Source: a virus. From it: DNA of 64,000 bases. The notes beneath the pieces were generated by a model, which saw nothing but the letters and a program-made list of their open reading frames with translations, ran no database searches and was not told where the DNA came from. The position numbers and the translations under genes are program-made. This document shows, one piece after another, positions 56,088 to 64,000 of the stretch. The first letter of the stretch is position 1. Every line of letters begins with the position of its first letter. The stretch is taken from positions 72,410 through 136,409 of the IMG/VR virus record IMGVR_UViG_3300025120_014916. One strand, written 5' to 3'.

Positions 56088-56492
56088 ATGAAATTATACA
56101 TTGATAAAAATTTACAATTAAACAATAAGCAGGTTACTTTAGCATCTGACTTTTGTGTATTCTGCGCAGAACACTTAAGAATTGAACCACCTTACACCAT
56201 ATATCTGGTTTCAGATCGATCCAGCCATGGTATATCGACAACAGCACTTTATGAAATAGGTAATAATATATGTAAAATATATTGTAAAAATAGATCTCTT
56301 GCAGACTGCTTAAGATCTGTTGCTCATGAAATGACGCATATGATGCAAGACCAATTTGGCCTCATAAAAGGCCCAGTAAGAGACGCAGGTGGGTTTCATG
56401 AAGATCAAGCAAATGCAAAAGCAGGTGAAATATTAAAACTTTTTGCTAAAAGTAAACCTGAAAGAAAAATGATTTATGAGAGAAAAAACTAG
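56088..56492 (+). CDS. HExxH zincin-like protein
   Basis: LRSVAHEMTHMMQ...EDQANAKAG. Confidence 0.65.
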   Translation: MKLYIDKNLQLNNKQVTLASDFCVFCAEHLRIEPPYTIYLVSDRSSHGISTTALYEIGNNICKIYCKNRSLADCLRSVAHEMTHMMQDQFGLIKGPVRDAGGFHEDQANAKAGEILKLFAKSKPERKMIYERKN

Positions 56493-57133
56493 CCTATTTT
56501 TATATGCCAGTGTGGGTTTTTATATCCTGTCTCATCATTGATATATATCTTTATGTTTTTTAACCTAAACTCTTTAGCAACAGCGTAAATAATTTCGCTA
56601 ATATTATTATGCCCTATCGACCTTATATCTATTGCTTTCCCTGACCCATGAGCAGACACTGGCTGTTTTTTCAGTATCGATGCTGCAGTCCTCCAGTCGT
56701 TAGTACTAGTAAAAGTATCACCAACTCTTTTAGCTAATTTGTCGTTAGCATAAAGACCTATTAGATATTCTGTACCTCCTGAAACGCCACCGTGAAGCTT
56801 CCAGTTATTAAACATAACTCTTGCTTGAGAAACAGGACCTCTAAAGCCACTAGTAATTTTTGGTTTCTTGTAATTTTTTTCTTTTGCGTAAGAATTTAAT
56901 CTTGCTATAAACTCTTTTGTTTTGGGTTTTAGTCCATTAACGTTTGCTTCTTTTGCTTCTTGATATTCTTCTGGGGAAGTTTCCCCATCTTTTTCGTACT
57001 CTTTTTCTTCTTTTTCAATCCAATCTGGTTCCATTGAGCGGACTAGGACAGTTTGTTCTAGAACATTATTTTCTGTTTTCAATATCTCAAAAATTATTTT
57101 TCTAATTGAATTTTCTGATAGTAGCATAATCAA
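56489..57133 (-). CDS. M15-family Zn peptidase (peptidoglycan hydrolase)
   Basis: ITSGFRG..SQ, SAHGSGKAIDI, PHWHI. Confidence 0.8.
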   Translation of the reverse strand: MIMLLSENSIRKIIFEILKTENNVLEQTVLVRSMEPDWIEKEEKEYEKDGETSPEEYQEAKEANVNGLKPKTKEFIARLNSYAKEKNYKKPKITSGFRGPVSQARVMFNNWKLHGGVSGGTEYLIGLYANDKLAKRVGDTFTSTNDWRTAASILKKQPVSAHGSGKAIDIRSIGHNNISEIIYAVAKEFRLKNIKIYINDETGYKNPHWHIKIG

Positions 57134-57135
57134 AT

Positions 57136-59238
57136 CTATCTTATTAATTGTTTAGTTATAGCTCTTCTTATTAATTTACGAAGTACTTTATTTTCGCTTA
57201 ATGAGTATAACCCTGATTCTAATCTAATTTGGATTCTAAGTTTGTCAAATACTATTCTAGTTTTATTGTCAAACTCATCGTTTAAAACTTGTTCAACTAC
57301 TTTTGTTAATTTTCCAAAGTTTCTACCCATTCTATTACCAAAAGTTTTTGCCTCTTTTGCTTTTTTAACTTTTGCCTCACCGTTTCTTTTAATATCAACT
57401 TGCAATTCATAAACTGTGTCTACGTTAACATCTCTTCCAGTTCTGCCAGATAAAAAATCCCGCTCTTTCATGTTGTCAAGTAATCTTTGAGTAAGTCGGG
57501 TATTGAACGATGGAAAAACATCACTTAACAAGCTAGCATCTTTGAATCTTTTTGCTTTTAATTTATCACCCACATTATTATCAACAACTTCGTTATTGAA
57601 ATCAACTCCAATAATAATATTTTTTAAACCTTTTTCACCCATGGACATGTCAATGTCTGTCTGAGTGCCACCTTTCTTCGAAGACTGGCCTCCGCCAATT
57701 ACGACAACACCCGCACTAGCGCCAGAACCACCAGAACCGCCGGCGCTGCTAGGTTCCATCTCACCCGGCTGTTGTGTACCAAAATATACATTGCCGTAGT
57801 ACGCGTCAAGTGAAAAGGCGAGAGCACCACACTCGCTTTTTGTGTAACCCGGATATGTGCCTATTAATGAAACAGATATATCGCGCCATAATGTAACTTG
57901 CCCACTAGAAACTACATCTGCAATAGAGGTAGTTGAAAAAGTTGAGTGATTTGCAAATACGTGTTTAACAAACTTACTCCACATTCCACGTGTTTCAGGT
58001 CCTACTTTTCCATCTATTTTGATATTTGGATATCCTAGTTTTCTAGAGCTAGCATATGCATTCATGACACCTTGATATTTTTTTATACATTCCGTTTTAT
58101 TTTTCCCTAATCCGTTAATGTTACTAGGTAATGGCGGATATATATTTTCACCACCGTCAGTATCACCACCATCAATAGCTTCTTCATCTGGTGGGAAAGG
58201 TATTGATACCTTTGATGATTGATCCAAAAGATCTTTCCCCGCCTGTTTAAACTGTGCATTTAATGCTCGATACAAATTAGGAGAAAGCATGCTTTCTTCC
58301 TGTAATGTAAAGTCAGCCTCATCAAATGCCATAAATAATGCAGATCCTACTGCCAAAACACCTAATGCAACCCAACCCGGCCCAGGAATCAAAGCCAATG
58401 CAGGGCCAACAACCGGTAATGTTGCTGCCCAACCGGGTGCCGCTCCTGTTGCACCAGCAATAAAAGTGCTTGTATAGCCAACCCCGGCAAACCCACCTGA
58501 ATAAGCTAGACCGGCTGCCTGTAACGTGCCCATGGTTGCAGAAGCAGCTGCTACACCTTTTCCTGCATCTAAAACTCTTTCACCACCACTTCTACCAACA
58601 AGTTCTTGCGAATCAGATACGAATTTTTCTGCATCACTTTTCATTTGTGCAATCTTTTCAGCATCGTATTTTTCTTCGCCTAAGATAAAAATAGGACTAT
58701 CAGACAGTAAATCTTCTAGTGGATCTCTTACATTTTTTCTAAAGTCTGTTGAAGAAAAATAACCATATTCTCCCGCCAGTGTACTAGCAATATCGTAACC
58801 CGGGTAATTTTTTTCATACATATGAGCCACGTAAGATAAGTCAACTAACGACTGTATGGCAGGGTCAGAAAATACCGCCTGAACTTCATCTTCATCTGTT
58901 CCAAACCCTAAATCAAGAAAACCACCTTCTGTTGCTTCATATAAACGATCAGATAATTCTCTTGCTTTTTGTCTAGACATTTGCTTACTGAGTCCGACAC
59001 CTGGAGCGCATCCATCTTCAAAAAGCTTTGCCTGTGAAAGAAATTCATCTTTCGCTTTTTTTGTAGCTTCTGGGTCTTCTTCTAGTTTTACTTTTGCACT
59101 ACTTTTAATGGCCGGCCCGGTATCTCTATCTATACCGTCGGGTACCCCATCTTTATCAACGTCAGTAGCTTCGCCAGAAATTTGCTCTAATATCTTTTTC
59201 CTAACCAGACTTCTAATTCTTTTTTTATTGATTTTCAT
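57136..59238 (-). CDS. Multidomain protein: TSP3-like Ca loop, annexin-like repeat, PGPGW hydrophobic hairpin, peptidoglycan-binding-like domain
   Basis: DVDKDGVPDGID; LYEATEGG..GFGTDEDEV..F...YEKNY.GYDIASTLAGE; LALIPGPGWVALG; IKKYQGVMN..IDGKVGPETR. Confidence 0.6.
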   Translation of the reverse strand: MKINKKRIRSLVRKKILEQISGEATDVDKDGVPDGIDRDTGPAIKSSAKVKLEEDPEATKKAKDEFLSQAKLFEDGCAPGVGLSKQMSRQKARELSDRLYEATEGGFLDLGFGTDEDEVQAVFSDPAIQSLVDLSYVAHMYEKNYPGYDIASTLAGEYGYFSSTDFRKNVRDPLEDLLSDSPIFILGEEKYDAEKIAQMKSDAEKFVSDSQELVGRSGGERVLDAGKGVAAASATMGTLQAAGLAYSGGFAGVGYTSTFIAGATGAAPGWAATLPVVGPALALIPGPGWVALGVLAVGSALFMAFDEADFTLQEESMLSPNLYRALNAQFKQAGKDLLDQSSKVSIPFPPDEEAIDGGDTDGGENIYPPLPSNINGLGKNKTECIKKYQGVMNAYASSRKLGYPNIKIDGKVGPETRGMWSKFVKHVFANHSTFSTTSIADVVSSGQVTLWRDISVSLIGTYPGYTKSECGALAFSLDAYYGNVYFGTQQPGEMEPSSAGGSGGSGASAGVVVIGGGQSSKKGGTQTDIDMSMGEKGLKNIIIGVDFNNEVVDNNVGDKLKAKRFKDASLLSDVFPSFNTRLTQRLLDNMKERDFLSGRTGRDVNVDTVYELQVDIKRNGEAKVKKAKEAKTFGNRMGRNFGKLTKVVEQVLNDEFDNKTRIVFDKLRIQIRLESGLYSLSENKVLRKLIRRAITKQLIR

Positions 59239-59256
59239 TACAAATTCCTTTTAAAT

Positions 59257-59931
59257 TTAAACTGGTTTCGTTTCGCCTGAAAACATGTTTTTAATACCGC
59301 CTAAAGCGCCACCAAAACCAGATTTCAATGAGTCTAGTATAGCTGAATAATTAAAACTACAAACAGTATCTTTGATTCCTTGCTTGATTCTAGTTTGAAA
59401 TTCTGTGCTATTTAGTGCGTTTGTGAAAGACTCGCGCATTGTACTGACTAACATACCAGAATCAGAACGATCGCCAAATAGCTTGCTGAGGCCTTTCTGT
59501 ATAATAGCTTCGGATATACCCTTGTACAACATCTCAACAATGGGATCACATGCACCTTCTCCAAAATATTTGCTTAGTTCTGTAATATCAATGTTTTCTA
59601 AAACATTAGCAATAACAACACCTACAAAAGAATCTGGATCATAATCTCCAAATAGTGCTTTGAGTAGTTTTTCAATAACCATTTGCTCAACTGTATCTAA
59701 AAAACCTCCGGGCGCACCTAAAACAGTATCACCTGCCAGACCTAATAAGTCACCCATGATGCCTTCGTTAACTTCCATGCGAGAATAACCTTCAGATAAC
59801 ATTAACTTTTCTTTATTAGCACACCAGGTAGCAATCTTTATGTTTTGTTCATGAAGTATTTTTTGTCTTTTAATTGCTTTTGCTTCTTGTATGATCATCT
59901 TTCTAATTATTTTTCTATCAAGTTTTTCCAC
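59257..59931 (-). CDS. Hypothetical helical protein with the shared leader motif
   Basis: 224-aa ORF with RBS GGAG; leader KLDRKIIRKMIIQE, then LSE and VNE sites. Confidence 0.65.
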   Translation of the reverse strand: MEKLDRKIIRKMIIQEAKAIKRQKILHEQNIKIATWCANKEKLMLSEGYSRMEVNEGIMGDLLGLAGDTVLGAPGGFLDTVEQMVIEKLLKALFGDYDPDSFVGVVIANVLENIDITELSKYFGEGACDPIVEMLYKGISEAIIQKGLSKLFGDRSDSGMLVSTMRESFTNALNSTEFQTRIKQGIKDTVCSFNYSAILDSLKSGFGGALGGIKNMFSGETKPV

Positions 59932-60010
59932 ACTTAACTCCTTTTTTATAAACTAATGATTATAATTATTACATATCTGTCGTTTTATCTTAGTCATTAT
60001 TGATTATTAG

Positions 60011-60310
60011 CTAATTACTTACTTCTATTACATATCTAAATGGTGATGGGCATCTTACTATTCTTTCTTGAAACATAGTAGTTTCTTCTTTGTAGATCAA
60101 TTTAAAATCTGAATCTAAAAAAAATATTTTACATCCGTAACCTATTTCTGAAAAGTCGTAACCAGAAGTACTGTCTCTTTCATAAACAAAAATAACGCCA
60201 CGATTTGAATCCAATGAAGGATATCTTTTTAATCCTTCTAGCTTTTCATTCTTGCTTACTAAAACTTCTAGTATATAAATATTACCATTTATTTTGCACT
60301 TAATCACCAC
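60011..60310 (-). CDS. DUF192-family protein (divergent)
   Basis: LEV..EKLEGL..SL..NRGVIFVY..IFFLD..P.RYVIEV; GTG start with GAGG RBS. Confidence 0.7.
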   Translation of the reverse strand: MVIKCKINGNIYILEVLVSKNEKLEGLKRYPSLDSNRGVIFVYERDSTSGYDFSEIGYGCKIFFLDSDFKLIYKEETTMFQERIVRCPSPFRYVIEVSN

Positions 60311-60373
60311 AGCAAACCTCGTGTAACATGCAGCTGTTTTGTTATATAATATAAATATAACAAAGAGGTTAAA

Positions 60374-60874
60374 ATGAAATTATTATTTTTATTATCAGCA
60401 ATCACAAACACTGTGCATGCAGGCGATATTTTAATGAATTATTCACAGTACGATGGTCATGATAATTATTGGAAAATGGTTCCTGAAGTCGTTGTGTGTA
60501 AAAAACAAACAGTTTTCAGTATACAGCAAATTAAAGAAGCCCTAGGCGTCTGGAAAGAGGAATATTCTAGAATAATCATTAGAGAAAAATGCAATTATAA
60601 AAATGAATACGGTAAAATTAAAATAATAGATGGAAAGCAATTAAAATCAGATCAGTGGGGTTACACTTACTATTTTTATACTGAAGAAAAAGTCAATAAC
60701 AAAATAGTGAGAGTAAACGAATCAGCACTCGTTCAACTAGACAAGAACGTAAATGACGTGTCGTTATTAATTCATGAGATAGGTCATGCTTTTGGATATA
60801 ATCATTACGATCATCAAAAAGATGTAATGAACACTTACACTAATTTAAAATCGTCAGGCATATATCCTTATTGA
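60374..60874 (+). CDS. Secreted matrixin/M10-like metallopeptidase
   Basis: HEIGHAFGYNH (HExxHxxGxxH) plus Met-turn DVM; signal-peptide-like N-terminus. Confidence 0.8.
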   Translation: MKLLFLLSAITNTVHAGDILMNYSQYDGHDNYWKMVPEVVVCKKQTVFSIQQIKEALGVWKEEYSRIIIREKCNYKNEYGKIKIIDGKQLKSDQWGYTYYFYTEEKVNNKIVRVNESALVQLDKNVNDVSLLIHEIGHAFGYNHYDHQKDVMNTYTNLKSSGIYPY

Positions 60875-61276
60875 TCACAACTTAAGTGTATCGTCATAAA
60901 TTCTACTAACAGGCATTGTTGAATCATCACTTCCGCCCTGCTTAAGCATTTCTATGTAAGCATCAAGCTTAGCTGATTCCTTTTCTTCCTTTTCTGCTTT
61001 TCTCTTCTTCTGTCTAGCTTCAAACTCTCTTGTCATTTTTTCAGCCATTGCCTCGATATAAGCAATTCTTTCTTTGTGAGCCATAGAAAAGGGATCTAGA
61101 TTATCCAGGCTTTGGATGACATAGTCATCTCTATCTTGAGAATTATAATCTCTAATCTTTTCTTTTCGTTTTGGGTCGTTCCACCTTATTACTTCTTCTG
61201 TTTCATCATCAAAGCCTAGTGTTTCTATTATTAGTTTAATGAATATATTTTTGAGTTGTTTTCTTTCTATTAGCAT
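60875..61276 (-). CDS. Hypothetical protein with the shared leader motif
   Basis: 133-aa ORF; leader LIERKQLKNIFIKLIIE. Confidence 0.6.
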   Translation of the reverse strand: MLIERKQLKNIFIKLIIETLGFDDETEEVIRWNDPKRKEKIRDYNSQDRDDYVIQSLDNLDPFSMAHKERIAYIEAMAEKMTREFEARQKKRKAEKEEKESAKLDAYIEMLKQGGSDDSTMPVSRIYDDTLKL

Positions 61277-61324
61277 AAGATATCTACCTTTGTTTACAAT
61301 ATAAATATAATCAAAATATATATT

Positions 61325-61561
61325 TTATACCAACTTGTTTATAAATCTTGTTGATATCCAACTCATTTCACCTGAAGAATTCATTATCTTACAAATAATT
61401 ATTTCTTTATTCTTTGAAGAAGTAGGATCGATTAAACTAGTTTTCATAATATCTATAACTATAAAGTAGCCGTCATAAAACAGCAAATGCACAGGCATGC
61501 TTCCACTTAAGTGTGCTGTGTGCGATTCACGCGTGACAATATCCCCAATTACTATTCCCAT
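61325..61561 (-). CDS. Small hypothetical beta-rich (SH3/KOW-like) protein
   Basis: IVIGDIV...GYFIVIDI...NSSGEMSWI pattern; weak. Confidence 0.5.
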   Translation of the reverse strand: MGIVIGDIVTRESHTAHLSGSMPVHLLFYDGYFIVIDIMKTSLIDPTSSKNKEIIICKIMNSSGEMSWISTRFINKLV

Positions 61562-61586
61562 CCCAAATAGTAAGTATGCTTAAAAC

Positions 61587-61614
61587 AAAAAAAGGGATCA
61601 AAAGATCCCTTTTT
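61587..61614 (-). terminator. Intrinsic terminator
   Basis: A7-GGGATC-AAAA-GATCCC-T5, 22 nt past the stop of 61637..61873. Confidence 0.75.
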
Positions 61615-61636
61615 AAATCATCATATCTAATCTTTA

Positions 61637-61873
61637 TTAGATAGAATCAATCACAGCGCTTTTATCTTCTACAATAAGATATTGATTAAGAAATCGTTGA
61701 AAAGCACGTGCTTCTTTGACAGTCATTGTCATCTGAGTTACCATCCCGGTATACTTGCCATCCTGAGGATTAGTACCGATAATAACAGTATTTGAACCAG
61801 CTTTGTGACTAGTCTCATTACGATTAATTTGAAAGTTAAAACGCTTGGTAGACTTAGACTTTGAATATGACAT
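61637..61873 (-). CDS. Small monocistronic hypothetical protein
   Basis: 78-aa ORF with AAGGGA RBS, its own promoter and terminator. Confidence 0.7.
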   Translation of the reverse strand: MSYSKSKSTKRFNFQINRNETSHKAGSNTVIIGTNPQDGKYTGMVTQMTMTVKEARAFQRFLNQYLIVEDKSAVIDSI

Positions 61874-61928
61874 ATGTTTTTTCCCTTTTGATTAATTTAT
61901 ATTAATTGGTTGTTTTACCAATATTAAT

Positions 61929-61957
61929 AGTATACAATAGATACCTGTTCTTTACAA
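61929..61957 (-). promoter_or_regulatory. Sigma70-type promoter TTGTAA-N17-TATACT
   Basis: Exact 17-nt spacing; near-consensus -35 and -10 hexamers. Confidence 0.7.
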
Positions 61958-61967
61958 ATAATAATAA

Positions 61968-62261
61968 CTATTTTTCCCACCAAATGTTAGCAACATCCCA
62001 GTCTATCATTTCACATAACCAGATAGGTAAAGAGCCTACACACTCAAAATCAAACCACTCACCCTTGCAATCTTGTTTATAGGGCTTCAACGTTGTATGC
62101 AGAGACCTTTCTAATTTGCCCTTACCGTTTACTACAGCTAGCAGCTTAAGTGCATACGGTGAACCGGTCTGTAGTTGTGTCATACGTCGCTTCGGGTTCT
62201 TGCTACGACCGATTTTAATAGCACCGGTAATATCTGATTGGATCACGTATAAATCATTCAT
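61968..62261 (-). CDS. GIY-YIG family nuclease (T5orf172/MUG113-like)
   Basis: LYVIQ..AIKIGRSKNPKRRMTQLQTGSPY.L..LERSLH..KGEWF. Confidence 0.85.
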   Translation of the reverse strand: MNDLYVIQSDITGAIKIGRSKNPKRRMTQLQTGSPYALKLLAVVNGKGKLERSLHTTLKPYKQDCKGEWFDFECVGSLPIWLCEMIDWDVANIWWEK

Positions 62262-62267
62262 ATCTAT

Positions 62268-62295
62268 ATTATACTTATTTTTTTAAAAATATAAA
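62268..62295 (-). promoter_or_regulatory. Candidate promoter TTTATA-N16-TATAAT, 6 nt before the ATG (leaderless)
   Basis: Minus strand reads AAG-TATAAT-ATAGAT-ATG; no SD. Confidence 0.4.
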
Positions 62296-62345
62296 TATAA
62301 CTATTGAACGTTTTTTCAAAAGTTCTGCCAAATTTGCCCGGGCCT

Positions 62346-62373
62346 AAAAAATAAAAAGCCAGTGCCAACTGGC
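62346..62373 (-). terminator. Intrinsic terminator
   Basis: GCCAGU-UGGC-ACUGGC followed by UUUUUAUUUUUU, downstream of 62441..63460. Confidence 0.75.
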
Positions 62374-62430
62374 GCGAGCTGCCCTGCCCTATGAACGCCG
62401 AGTAAGACCCCCTAGGGTCCTTCTCGTCTG
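62358..62430 (-). ncRNA. Candidate structured RNA or cis-element of unknown class
   Basis: 47 of 73 nt are G+C in an AT-rich genome; hairpin CGAG-A-AGGACCC-UAGG-GGGUCUU-A-CUCG upstream of the terminator hairpin. Confidence 0.3.
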
Positions 62431-62440
62431 ACTATGCTGT

Positions 62441-63460
62441 TTAATTAATTTTGTCAAACAACGCTTTTATTTCAGCATCCGTATAGTATCTTCCTGCTTT
62501 ATAGTCGCATATCATAGGATTAGGGAAGCCCACTTTTGACGCGTTTTTAAGCCGATGAAAAGGCGTCGGCCGTCTTTCGCCAAATTTGTTAATTTTTCCA
62601 GCCAGTTCATCGATGCTGTTATTATTCAAAGATATAATATCCATATCTAAGAATAAAGTAACACCTGTCACTTTCCAATTGTCAATGATCATTTCATCAA
62701 TTAAAGGGTGGGGAATATTATCGACGTCTTCTTCGTCTAGTAAGATAGGAAAAGTCCTCAGATCTTCAGGGCTATTAAAAAGACTGACACCACCAGGACG
62801 CTTTGGAATTCCAGAAGACTTAGTTGCTGCAATTGCAGATTTTCTTTTAAGATCGTTTTCCGAACCTTCAGCTGACTTATGAGAGCTTAATTCTTCAGTA
62901 TACGCATCGAAGTCACCGGCCCAAGTTATTCTACCATCTAAGACAAGATACAGAATAGAGCTTTCCTGGGCACTACCGTAAGAATTAGCTACATCATATA
63001 GTTCTTTAGGTGCTGGTTGTAAAGGGTTAATAGACTTAATGCCCCAAACTGATAATTCTGCACTACTAGACAGATATCGCTTATCAATGCTAGCATCAGT
63101 AAGAGCACCGGTATCCGCGTAGCCTATTTGATGTAACTTAGCGATGCTTGACTTGAAAAATGCATGATCGGCAAATCTGTTCCAGATTGCCTTGGAGTAT
63201 TTCCGATAATCACGGATTGTCTTTCCCTCTTCTGTGCTGTAATCATCGTATTGTGTACCGAACTGTCCTCTAAAATCTGCGCCCGATATATTGCCGTAGT
63301 CCTGCATGCGTCTCAAGATAAATCTCTTGATATCGTCTTTACTTTGGAACTGAGGATAGGCGTATTTACCCTTGGCTGCGTAGCCAGGTGCATCCGGCAA
63401 CTCGACTTCTTTTAAAAAAGATTCAATGATTAAATTCAATTGTTTCCGTATAATTTTCAA
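62441..63460 (-). CDS. Hypothetical protein with the shared leader motif
   Basis: 339-aa ORF; TTG start after GGGG; leader KIIRKQLNLIIESFLKE. Confidence 0.65.
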   Translation of the reverse strand: MKIIRKQLNLIIESFLKEVELPDAPGYAAKGKYAYPQFQSKDDIKRFILRRMQDYGNISGADFRGQFGTQYDDYSTEEGKTIRDYRKYSKAIWNRFADHAFFKSSIAKLHQIGYADTGALTDASIDKRYLSSSAELSVWGIKSINPLQPAPKELYDVANSYGSAQESSILYLVLDGRITWAGDFDAYTEELSSHKSAEGSENDLKRKSAIAATKSSGIPKRPGGVSLFNSPEDLRTFPILLDEEDVDNIPHPLIDEMIIDNWKVTGVTLFLDMDIISLNNNSIDELAGKINKFGERRPTPFHRLKNASKVGFPNPMICDYKAGRYYTDAEIKALFDKIN

Positions 63461-63513
63461 AACAACCCCACTATATTATTTATATATCAACGACTCTAAG
63501 CAGCATATAAGAT

Positions 63514-64000
63514 TTATTTAATCTTTAAAAACTTGTCAAAAGAAAAACGAACTATTTTTTTATTTTCAACTATTCCCAAAGATTTAAGTACGGGAGATCT
63601 CTTAATATTAAAAAAGCTATTCTGTCCCTCCATTTCCCTGACTAGTCTATCAACGCCATGCATCGTTTTCCATGCATCTCTATCTGACGTATCAATATTT
63701 TGGCCGATCATAGACATCATAGTATAGTTTTTCTCAAATTCTGAACGATCGCCTCGATCGAGAGCTTTTTCTGCAGCTACCTGATATTCTAAAAATTTAA
63801 CGCTTTCACTTGGATGATAAGTGCCAGACATGCCTACTTCGTCACGTGTCATTTGATCAAGTCTATCGACGTCATCAGCTTCTTTCGAATAGTATGATAA
63901 AGCATCTTCCTCCTCTCTTGCATTATGATCTTCATACCCAGATTGTCTAGCAAGTAAATCGTCAAGATGCTGTACTCTGTTATCGTAATCATCATCCATT
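63514..64000 (-). CDS. Acidic hypothetical protein, possibly 5'-truncated by the window edge
   Basis: Frame open to the window edge; D/E-rich; ends IVENKKIVRFSFDKFLKIK. Confidence 0.6.
   Translation of the reverse strand, partial: MDDDYDNRVQHLDDLLARQSGYEDHNAREEEDALSYYSKEADDVDRLDQMTRDEVGMSGTYHPSESVKFLEYQVAAEKALDRGDRSEFEKNYTMMSMIGQNIDTSDRDAWKTMHGVDRLVREMEGQNSFFNIKRSPVLKSLGIVENKKIVRFSFDKFLKIK

Noticed and set aside
60872-60877. Abutting convergent stop codons (TGATCA), and a similar overlap at 56489-56492
   Set aside because: A common result of genome compaction; no functional signal evident.
62358-62430. tRNA or hammerhead ribozyme
   Set aside because: The GTTCA lacks a pairing T-stem and no cloverleaf forms. 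CAGACGAG deviates from the CUGAnGA core and no GAAA partner is suitably placed.
1-64000. Stop-codon reassignment as in some megaphages
   Set aside because: Standard code already gives near-complete coding density, and TAG and TGA terminate genes at sensible family lengths.
1-64000. Eukaryotic giant virus (NCLDV) or bacterial chromosome origin
   Set aside because: T4-like baseplate genes, SD motifs, overlapping operons and a sigma-like factor point to a jumbo phage; no NCLDV core or host housekeeping genes are seen.

Overview
This is an AT-rich, densely coding segment of a jumbo or mega myovirus-like phage genome. It uses the standard genetic code, has Shine-Dalgarno motifs and operon-style overlaps, and most genes are on the minus strand. 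Layout: (i) 1-15.4 kb, contractile-tail baseplate module with T4 gp6-like, gp25-like, hub/spike and LamG-bearing wedge proteins, including a >1300-aa ORF at 1-3906 missing from the supplied track, followed by a gp55/sigma-like factor; (ii) 15.7-37.7 kb, a ~22-kb glycosylation island with about 10 glycosyltransferases, 4 methyltransferases, an epimerase, a dehydrogenase, a deacetylase, radical SAM and 2OG enzymes and an apparently complete Kdo/CMP-ulosonate pathway, interrupted by a Cas4-like nuclease and a SET-domain gene frameshifted by a 7-bp tandem duplication; (iii) 37.8-44.3 kb, a 1943-aa modular tail fibre and an accessory protein; (iv) 44.3-52.7 kb, a stress/dormancy block with PIN-PhoH, a stand-alone sigma-70 region 4, a histone-like Hc1, a degenerate GroEL lacking the ATP-binding motif and a permuted yeaH-spoVR-prkA triad; (v) 52.8-64 kb, a nucleotidyltransferase, UvsE, several peptidases, an annexin/PGPGW/peptidoglycan-binding protein, a set of unrelated proteins sharing an amphipathic leader ending in [LIV]xE, and a GC-rich structured intergenic element. 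All family calls come from motif recognition by eye; no database search was run.
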